Shown: piece after piece, positions 6,965 to 13,431 of the stretch
Numbering within the stretch: position 1 is the first letter of the stretch
Layout of the letters: every line of letters begins with the position of its first letter
Assembly: GCA_049969615.1 (NCBI GenBank)
Contig: JBMFOM010000055.1
Location: forward strand, 1 to 13,431
Source of the DNA: a candidate division WOR-3 bacterium
GTDB lineage: Bacteria > Hydrothermota > Hydrothermia > JBDRYB01
DNA length: 13,431 bases
Direction of reading: 5' to 3'
The notes under the pieces: model-generated
Told to the model about the DNA's origin: nothing
The model's input: the letters and a program-made list of their open reading frames with translations, nothing else
Databases searched by the model: none
Made by a program: the position numbers and the translations under genes

Positions 6965-7660
6965 TTATGGCGTTTTCCCCTTCTCCCTTTCCTCCTCCTC
7001 AATGTGGTGTTTTATTACCCTGCCGGTGGTCATATAGACGATGTCCTCGCCTAGGTTGGTGGCCAGGTCACCTAAGCGCTCAAGGTTCTGCGCTACTTGT
7101 ATGAGTTTCATGGCGCGCTCTATTGTCTCCGGGTCTGACATCATGTATATGATGAGCTCCCTTATTACCTGATCCCTCAGCGCGTCAACCTCGTCGTCCT
7201 TTCGGCAAACTGCTCTTGCTATCTCCGGATTGTTTTCCCTCAGGGCTGTCATGGTATCGTCCATCATCCCCATTACGATGTCGGCCATCCTCGGTATGTC
7301 CAGGAGGGGTTTTATCTGCGGATGGGATATGAGGAATTCGGCCTCCCGGGCGATGTTGTAGGCGTGGTCGCCCATGCGCTCAAGGTTGCTGTTCATGCGC
7401 AGGATCATCATCGCGGCGCGGAGGTCACCCGCGCTTGGCTGAAAAAGCGCCATGAACTTCACGGCCTCGTTGTCAATAGCCACTTCCTGAGCGTTGACTT
7501 CTTTTTCAATCTCGCGAACCCTTTCCAGGGCAAACCTGTCCTTTTCTCGGAGTCCATCTATGGCAAGAGCCACCATTTCCCTAACGGATATTGCCATCTC
7601 GGTGATGAGCTTCTTGAGGTTCTCAAGCGCTTGCTCTTTGCTGGTAAGGTCCTGTGTCAT
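6965..7660 (-). CDS. phoU: Phosphate signalling protein PhoU
   Basis: [45 protein letters not shown] two-repeat PhoU motifs; ATGA overlap with pstB. Confidence 0.96.
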   Translation of the reverse strand: MTQDLTSKEQALENLKKLITEMAISVREMVALAIDGLREKDRFALERVREIEKEVNAQEVAIDNEAVKFMALFQPSAGDLRAAMMILRMNSNLERMGDHAYNIAREAEFLISHPQIKPLLDIPRMADIVMGMMDDTMTALRENNPEIARAVCRKDDEVDALRDQVIRELIIYMMSDPETIERAMKLIQVAQNLERLGDLATNLGEDIVYMTTGRVIKHHIEEEEREKGKTP

Positions 7661-8403
7661 CCGAACCTGCCGGTTATGTATTCCTCGGTGAGTCGGTTCT
7701 TGGGCACGGTGAATATATCCGGTGTCTCGCCGAACTCAACGAGTTTTCCCATATACATAAATGCGGTTTTGTGGGAAACGCGCGCGGCCTGTTGCATGTT
7801 GTGTGTTACTATAACTATCGTCACTTGTTTTGCGAGCTCCCTTATTAGTTCCTCTATTTTAGCGGTAGCAATTGGATCAAGCGCTGATGTTGGCTCGTCA
7901 AAGAGTAGAACTTCTGGCTCAACCGCAAGTGCCCTCGCTATGCAAAGCCTCTGCTGTTGGCCGCCTGAGAGCTCAAGCGCGTTCCTTCTCAGGATGCCCT
8001 TAACCTCATCCCATAGCGCCGCGTTCCGGATCGCTTTCTCAACCCTTTCCTCTATGTCAGCCCTGCCTTTTATCCCGTTCACACGGAGTCCGTATGCCAC
8101 ATTGTCGTATATGCTCATCGGGAACGGGTTGGGCTTTTGGAAGACCATGCCGACCCTCCGCCTCACCTCAACCGGGTCTTCCTGGAATATATCCTTGTCG
8201 TCAAGCAGAACCTGGCCCTCAACCCTGGTCTTTGGTAGGAGTTCCTGCAAGCGGTTCAGTGTTCGCAGGAGAGTGCTCTTACCGCAACCGGATGGCCCTA
8301 TTATAGCCGTTACACGCTTTTCCTCTATGTCCATGGATATATCAAAAAGGGCCTGTGTCCCTCCATACCAAAAGGACAGGTTCCTTATGGACAGCTTGAT
8401 CAC
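7657..8403 (-). CDS. pstB: Phosphate ABC transporter ATP-binding protein PstB
   Basis: [65 protein letters not shown], terminal YITGRFG. Confidence 0.97.
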   Translation of the reverse strand: MIKLSIRNLSFWYGGTQALFDISMDIEEKRVTAIIGPSGCGKSTLLRTLNRLQELLPKTRVEGQVLLDDKDIFQEDPVEVRRRVGMVFQKPNPFPMSIYDNVAYGLRVNGIKGRADIEERVEKAIRNAALWDEVKGILRRNALELSGGQQQRLCIARALAVEPEVLLFDEPTSALDPIATAKIEELIRELAKQVTIVIVTHNMQQAARVSHKTAFMYMGKLVEFGETPDIFTVPKNRLTEEYITGRFG

Positions 8404-8409
8404 GATTAG

Positions 8410-8443
8410 ATTATAAACCGGGGAATGCTAAGGATTCATTAAG
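8410..8443 (-). promoter_or_regulatory. pstB promoter: -10 box (leaderless) with possible 11-nt-period activator repeat
   Basis: TATAAT (8415-8410)-ctaatc-GTG; CTTAAT (8443-8438) and CTTAGC (8432-8427) flank the -35 position, with no canonical -35. Confidence 0.6.
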
Positions 8444-8444
8444 A

Positions 8445-9264
8445 TTACCTGATGACGAGCTTTGTCCGGTAGGGATAATTTGCTGATCCCGCATACCTTA
8501 CCACTACCTTGCCCCTGTATGCTCCTGCCCTCCAGAGATAAACGTCCCTGCTCAACGAGACCCGGTTCGCATCCGGCTGCAGTTGCCCGTGTAAGCCAAC
8601 CTCCCGTCAACCGAGTAGATTGCTATTTCTGAGGATTTCCCGCAGAAGAACAGCAAGCCTCCCGGCGCTGGTGAAGAGACCACGGAAGGCCCAGGAAGAT
8701 CGTCCGATTCCTCTGTTTCCATCGGCGTGCAGACAGTAGCCATGGTGAGGCTTGGGGAAGTCGTGATCCAGGTTGGGGCTCAGTCCGGTGAGCTACAGGC
8801 CAAAAGGCCACTGGGCGAATTGACTGTAAACGTTGGCGAGCTCGTTGCTGGCGGATAAGCGCTCACGCAACCGGGGTAGTTCCCATTCGCATCCAGCCTC
8901 AGAATCACCGCATCGTTGTTGGCCCCGAACCTGTAGCCTGACGCTATGTAGCTCTCGTCAGTTCTTTGCGTGATTGACAGTGCGCCGTCAGTGCTGGTGC
9001 CTCCGAATATCCCGGCCCATGTCACAGAGCTAGACGCGTCCGTCTTCAGTATAATGAAGTCCTGGCCCACTAGGCGTTGCATGAGGCCTCGATCCTGAAC
9101 ACCAGGATGTCGTAGTTGCCAGCTCCCCAGCTCCGGGTGTTCCCTACCACGGGATAGCCGCTATCTCCGGCCTGTATGAGGAACTTTCCATGGTCAAAGT
9201 CGGTTCCCCCATATGATTTCGCAAACAGGCCCTGTGAAACAAGGACACATAGGAGTATGTCCAT
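8445..9264 (-). pseudogene. Frameshifted secreted repeat (beta-propeller-like) protein with T9SS-type C-terminal sorting domain
   Basis: Pieces in different frames: MDILLCVLVSQGLFAKSYGGTDFDHG... (9264-9070), ...WAGIFGGTSTDGALSITQ...ILRLDANG (9082-8780), ...IAIYSVDGRLAYTG (8743-8552), ...VYLWRAGAYRGKVVVR...YRTKLVIR* (stop 8447-8445). Confidence 0.75.
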
Positions 9265-9300
9265 TATGATCCGTAACCTCCGCGTTTCATCGCGCGTATG

Positions 9301-9306
9301 ATTATA
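9301..9306 (-). promoter_or_regulatory. -10 box of the secreted-protein pseudogene
   Basis: Minus-strand TATAAT followed by a ~30-nt leader containing GGAGG before ATG 9264. Confidence 0.45.
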
Positions 9307-9471
9307 CGGGAAAATCTGAAAGAAAACTAAAAAGATGGCCCTGGTTTTGACCAGCAACCGGTAACTGGCTCATGGCACAACCGACAGGTCTTCAACCGGA
9401 GCGCAGGGGAGGGGCGCGGCGGCCCTGGGCCAACCGTTCTGTTTTTGTTTCTGCGAGCAACGAGCAACCAT

Positions 9472-9477
9472 TATAAT
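9472..9477 (+). promoter_or_regulatory. -10 box of cinA (leaderless)
   Basis: TATAAT-ttccct-GTG (9484); no SD. Confidence 0.65.
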
Positions 9478-9483
9478 TTCCCT

Positions 9484-10683
9484 GTGCGTGTCATACTCGT
9501 TGGGGATGAATTGCTCTCGGGCCGGGTCAGGGACGCAAACCTGAGTCTTATAGCGCGTGGCTTTGCCCAGTTGGGCATTTCCGCGAAGCGCGCTGAGGTC
9601 ATTCCGGATGATGAGGATGTGATAGCCTCGGCCATAGCCCGTTCCCTCAGGGATGATGGCCAGGTCGTCTTATCCGGCGGCCTTGGCCCGACTGATGACG
9701 ATAGGACAAGGCAGGGCCTGGCAAAAGCCCTATCAGAGGAGCTTCATTTTGATGAATTTCTGTATAGCAAGATAAAGGAAAGGCTCTACACGCTTGGCCA
9801 CCAGGAGCTCGCCATTCACAGGAATTATGCTTTTATCCCTGATGGCTTCCTTGCCATAGATAACCCAATTGGAATAGCGCCTGGGCTTCTCTGGCGGGAT
9901 ACCGAGAACTTTGTCCTTGCTCTACCGGGCGTGCCACCGGAGGTGGCCGGAATCCTCCCTGGGGCCCTTGAAGTCCTGGGGGATCTGGTTAAGGAACCCA
10001 TTTTCATCGGCACCCTCGCAGTGGCTGGCATGAAGGAGGCGGAGATAGCGGAGCGCCTTGAGGTGCTTCCTGAGCTTGCTGGCAGGATGGCTTATTACCC
10101 AAGGCTCGTTGAGGTGATCCTCAAAATCAGGGCAAGGGATGAGATGGAGATGAACCGGCTGGTCAGCATGGCCAGCGAGAGGCTCGGCCCGGCCGTCTAT
10201 AGCACCCAGGACGAGGGCCTTGAGTCAGCGCTCGGTCGGTTTCTCAGGGGCCAAGGGCTTTCGGTTTCTACGGCCGAGAGTTGCACAGGTGGCCTAATCG
10301 CGCACCTCATAACCCAGGTTCCGGGTTCCTCCGATTACATGCGAGGCGGGATTGTTGCCTATACACCTGATGTCAAAAGCCGTGTCCTGGACGTTCCGGT
10401 TGATATGATTGAGAAACACAGCGTTTATTCCCACGAGGTCGCCAGGGCCATGGCCGCCGGCGCCGCGAGGCTCTTTGGTTCCGATGTTGCCATATCCTCA
10501 TCCTGCGTCGCTGGGCCTGGCCCAGATGGGGATCATCCTGCTGGCGAAAGCTATGTTGGCCTCTATTTTACCGGAGAATCCAGGGCTTACCGCTTCCGTT
10601 TTGGGGGGACCAGGGATCAGGTCAAGATGTCCGTCGCGAAGACCGGGCTTGATCTGGCCAGGAGGCGGCTTTTGGGTCTATAG
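9484..10683 (+). CDS. cinA: CinA-family protein (molybdopterin-binding-like N-domain + NMN deamidase PncC domain)
   Basis: VGDELLSGRVRDAN, SGGLGPTDDDRT, NPIGIAPG, LPGVPPE; C-domain TAESCTGG, PGSSDY, AY...K, VAGPG. Homology begins at GTG 9484. Confidence 0.93.
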   Translation: MRVILVGDELLSGRVRDANLSLIARGFAQLGISAKRAEVIPDDEDVIASAIARSLRDDGQVVLSGGLGPTDDDRTRQGLAKALSEELHFDEFLYSKIKERLYTLGHQELAIHRNYAFIPDGFLAIDNPIGIAPGLLWRDTENFVLALPGVPPEVAGILPGALEVLGDLVKEPIFIGTLAVAGMKEAEIAERLEVLPELAGRMAYYPRLVEVILKIRARDEMEMNRLVSMASERLGPAVYSTQDEGLESALGRFLRGQGLSVSTAESCTGGLIAHLITQVPGSSDYMRGGIVAYTPDVKSRVLDVPVDMIEKHSVYSHEVARAMAAGAARLFGSDVAISSSCVAGPGPDGDHPAGESYVGLYFTGESRAYRFRFGGTRDQVKMSVAKTGLDLARRRLLGL

Positions 10684-10687
10684 CCAG

Positions 10688-10746
10688 GATTTTCGGCAGG
10701 CTATAAGCATTGCATTGCCGATGGAACAGCCCACTAAGATTGTTCA
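10688..10746. repeat. Dispersed ~60-nt intergenic element, copy B
   Basis: About 80% identical to 6190-6250; begins 4 nt after the cinA stop and fills most of the cinA/lepA convergent gap. Confidence 0.8.
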
Positions 10747-10759
10747 TCCTATCTTTGAT

Positions 10760-12529
10760 TCACTGCTCCCTGGCCTTTAGGACCTCAAGGAATGCCTCCG
10801 GTGGCACATCAACCTTCCCGACCCGTTTCATCCTGCGCTTGCCCTCTTTCTGCTTCTCAAGAAGCTTGCGCTTACGGGTTATATCTCCTCCGTAGCACTT
10901 CGCGGTGACATCCTTTCGGAGAGGGACTATACGCTCCCTTGCTATTATCCTGCCCCCTATGGCGGCCTGTATCACGACCTCAAAGAGGTGCCTGGGTATC
11001 TGTGCCCTTAGCTTCTCGCATATGGCTTTGCCCATCCTATAGGCCTTTTCCCTGTGGACTATGGCTGAGAAAGCCTCAACCCTCTCGCCCGCGACCAGGA
11101 TGTCAAGGCGCACCAGGTCAGAGGGGCGCCAACCAACCAAATCATAGTCCATGGATGCGTAGCCTCTTGATACACTCTTGAGCTTGTCAAAGAAATCGTA
11201 GATGACCTCCGAAAGGGGCAAGTCGTATTCCAGCATAGCGAGGCCAGGATCAAGGAAGGAAAAACCCCTCTGCTCCCCCCTTCTGGACTGAGCCAGTTCC
11301 ATGACCGGCCCTATGTGCTCCGACGGGGTGATTATCTGGAGGCGGACAAAGGGTTCCTCCGCGAGATCCGGATCATCGGGAAAATCCGATGGCCTCTCCA
11401 CCTCAATGAGGGTGCCCTTTTTGGTCCTGACCCTATAGTGAACCGTCGGAGTCGTTATCACTATGTCAAGGCCAAATTCGCGCCTCAGGCGCTCGGTTGT
11501 TATCTCAAGGTGGAGCATACCCAAAAAACCGCAACGGTAGCCCGGACCTATTGCTGGAGAATGTTCGCCTATGAACGAGAGCGCCGCATCCTGTAGCTTA
11601 AGCTTCTCTAGGGCTTTAGTGAGCTCAGGAAAATCTCCAGGCACAACGGGATATAGGCCAGCATATACCATTGGCTTTGCCTCACGGTAGCCAGGAAGGG
11701 GCTCGGTTTCCGGCGCCCTGGCATCAATCACCGTGTCCCCGACCCTCGCCTCTGATATATCCCTTATGGCCGCAACAAAGTAGCCCACATCGCCAGCACT
11801 CAGGGTATCCGCCCTCTGCATGTCGGGTTTGAAAAAACCCACCTCGGTTATCTCATATTCCTTGCCGGTTGAGGCAAAGGCTATCTTCATGCCGGGCCCC
11901 ATCTCGCCTTCAAAGACCCTAACATAGGGGATTACGCCCCTGTAGTCATCATAAACGGCGTCAAATATAAGAGCCCGCAGTGGGCTTTTGGAACTGCCAT
12001 GAGGCGGAGGAACCCTGTCTATGATCAGGTCAAGCAGTTCGCGAACACCCCTCCCCTCCTTAGCCGAAACCAGGTGAATCTCGCCCGGACCTATGAGCTC
12101 CTTGATCTGTCTTGCCACCCGGTCCGGATCGGCGGTAGGCAGGTCTATCTTGTTGATTACGGGGATTATCTCAAGGTCAGCCTCAAGGGCCATATAGAGG
12201 TTGGAGACGGTCTGGGCCTCAACCCCCTGACTTGCATCCACCAGAAGAACCGCGCCCTCAACGGCCGCGAGGGAACGGGAGACCTCATAGGTAAAATCAA
12301 CATGACCAGGGGTATCAATCAAATTAAGGATGTATCCCTTGTATTCCATCCGGACCGGCTTCATCTTTATAGTTATGCCGCGCTCGCGTTCAAGATCCAT
12401 GGAATCAAGTGTCTGCTCGGTTATCTCCTCTGGCCTCATGGTTCCCGTTATCTCAAGGAACCTGTCCGCGAGTGTGCTCTTGCCGTGGTCAATGTGCGCG
12501 ATTATGGAGAAGTTCCGCGTCCGGTTCAC
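10760..12529 (-). CDS. lepA: Translation elongation factor 4 (LepA)
   Basis: RNFSIIAHIDHGKSTLADR, DTPGHVDFTYEVSRSL, NKID, GFLGMLHLEI, KCYGGDITRKRKLLEKQKEGK; start placed at GTG 12529 by homology and -10 spacing. Confidence 0.98.
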   Translation of the reverse strand: MNRTRNFSIIAHIDHGKSTLADRFLEITGTMRPEEITEQTLDSMDLERERGITIKMKPVRMEYKGYILNLIDTPGHVDFTYEVSRSLAAVEGAVLLVDASQGVEAQTVSNLYMALEADLEIIPVINKIDLPTADPDRVARQIKELIGPGEIHLVSAKEGRGVRELLDLIIDRVPPPHGSSKSPLRALIFDAVYDDYRGVIPYVRVFEGEMGPGMKIAFASTGKEYEITEVGFFKPDMQRADTLSAGDVGYFVAAIRDISEARVGDTVIDARAPETEPLPGYREAKPMVYAGLYPVVPGDFPELTKALEKLKLQDAALSFIGEHSPAIGPGYRCGFLGMLHLEITTERLRREFGLDIVITTPTVHYRVRTKKGTLIEVERPSDFPDDPDLAEEPFVRLQIITPSEHIGPVMELAQSRRGEQRGFSFLDPGLAMLEYDLPLSEVIYDFFDKLKSVSRGYASMDYDLVGWRPSDLVRLDILVAGERVEAFSAIVHREKAYRMGKAICEKLRAQIPRHLFEVVIQAAIGGRIIARERIVPLRKDVTAKCYGGDITRKRKLLEKQKEGKRRMKRVGKVDVPPEAFLEVLKAREQ

Positions 12530-12535
12530 CCTTAT

Positions 12536-12565
12536 ATTATCCCGCATGGGCAAAAGCGGGGACAA
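12536..12565 (-). promoter_or_regulatory. lepA promoter (leaderless)
   Basis: TTGTCC (12565-12560), 18 nt, GATAAT (12541-12536), 6 nt, GTG. Confidence 0.6.
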
Positions 12566-12801
12566 CCCCTGGGTCGCCCGCGACGCGAGATTCATGGGGC
12601 ATTTCCGTGCCTCTTTCCTCAAAGGGTCTTGGAATATCTGTAGCCATTGTCATAATTTGAGAAGCTCAATTTTTGCTCTAAAACCGTCAAACACTTGCTC
12701 CAGCATTTTATCAGTGAAATCCGGATCCCAGATCGTCAAGGCCGGGGCCGAAAAGGGCCGGGAACGGAAGACGCAAATATTGGTCAGGCAAGGGAAAGAG
12801 C

Positions 12802-13020
12802 TTAGAAGAGGAACAAGGGTTCATCTTTGGGGGGTTCATCTCCGGGGAAGAGAATGTCCCACACCATCGGGATAAGCCTCTGCTGATTTTTCACCGAGGG
12901 CTCCCTTTCCTTAACCTTCTTTATTATCATGTCCATGGCCACCTTTCCCGGCCTGATATCCGGGTGATCCTCTCTCAGCTCTTTTGCCAGCTGCCTGGCA
13001 AAAATCTTGTTGTTAGCCAT
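12802..13020 (-). CDS. Small hypothetical protein (72 aa)
   Basis: MANNKIFARQLAKELREDHPDIRPGK...PLFLF; the ATG overlaps the end of the upstream ORF by 8 nt; no family recognised. Confidence 0.55.
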   Translation of the reverse strand: MANNKIFARQLAKELREDHPDIRPGKVAMDMIIKKVKEREPSVKNQQRLIPMVWDILFPGDEPPKDEPLFLF

Positions 13021-13426
13021 CAGCTTCCTGAGACTCATCCTCAAAGCTCCTTGACTTCATCAGCCTGTCCCTCACCAAAGCAACAACCCCCTGGTATAAT
13101 TCAAGGAGAACCTCCTTGCGCTCTCGCTCACTTTCAAATCCTAAAGCCTCCAGCACAGCGTCATCAAGTTCAAGGCGGTCCGGCATAACCCCTTTCAGGG
13201 CTATGTCCTCTGGGTCTATGTTTGAGAGATCCCTGTTAGGTTTCGGAAGGCCAAGCTCCTCAAAGATTGAGACGATGGGGCGAGAAGAGAGCGATTTAAG
13301 GGCATTGGTCAAGCGAGTTGTTTGTTGGTGATCCTTCACCCGGCTGGCCTCTAGCTGGCCCCTGATTGACCACTTGCCTTATTCTCTGGGTATGTAGGAG
13401 AGGACCAGAAGGATAAATAGCGTCAT
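13013..13426 (-). pseudogene. Chimeric remnant: leader of an exported protein with premature stop, fused to the C-terminus of a probable N-6 DNA methylase / type IIG R-M enzyme
   Basis: RPIVSIFEELGLPKPNRDLSNIDP...PDRLELDDAVLEALG...LYQGVVALVRDRLMKSRS resembles, from memory, the helical C-terminus of large N-6 methylases; no methylase motifs present; upstream in frame: ATG 13426 MTLFILLVLSYIPRE, then TAA at 13381-13379. Confidence 0.55.
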
Positions 13427-13431
13427 TAACC

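Noticed and set aside
7322-8416. 364-aa + strand ORF and other long antisense or alternative-frame ORFs (e.g. 4251-4895, 11999-12643, 12330-12875)
   Set aside because: Shadows of well-supported genes on the opposite strand; no recognisable motifs.
10490-10525. CinA SSSCVAGP in place of the usual S(I/T)TGIAGP
   Set aside because: The catalytic Ser (AESCTGG) and Lys motifs are retained; probably ordinary divergence.
50-12622. Longer ORF-track starts (50, 2511, 5261, 6431, 9357, 9445, 12622)
   Set aside because: The extensions lack homology and run through the -10 boxes (the recurring Tyr-Asn or Asp-Asn dipeptide is translated TATAAT/GATAAT).
1-13431. CRISPR array, tRNA, rRNA, transposase or integrase
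   Set aside because: No regularly spaced repeats, cloverleaf or recombinase/transposase motifs were seen.

Overview
Bacterial chromosomal segment with housekeeping genes (ribBA-ribH, class II fba, pstB-phoU, cinA, lepA) interleaved with accessory and decayed material: three predicted outer-membrane beta-barrel genes (two are tandem paralogues with an HxCKHDxD motif, coupled to a DUF429 gene), a frameshifted T9SS-type secreted repeat protein, a beta-propeller remnant and the C-terminal remnant of a probable N-6 methylase/type IIG R-M gene. The T9SS-type tail and gene style suggest an FCB-related diderm such as candidate WOR-3 (inference). Main observations beyond the ORF track: (1) six operon-leading genes have a TATAAT/GATAAT box exactly 6 nt before a mostly GTG/TTG start with no SD, implying pervasive leaderless mRNAs and over-extended ORF-track starts; (2) an unannotated SD-led Cys-containing peptide gene (MTYLIEP..., 2521-2646, minus) resembling a RiPP precursor, whose C-terminus depends on a C6 run; (3) a ~60-nt non-coding element present twice (49/61 identical) just after the fba and cinA stops, with conserved minus-strand pairing; (4) an 84-nt, 30-bp rod hairpin with a sequence-symmetric internal loop; (5) ultra-short N-terminal hydrophobic leaders without basic residues on the predicted exported proteins; (6) a degenerate GTP cyclohydrolase II domain that keeps its Zn cysteines. 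All family calls are from motif recognition by eye; no searches were run.
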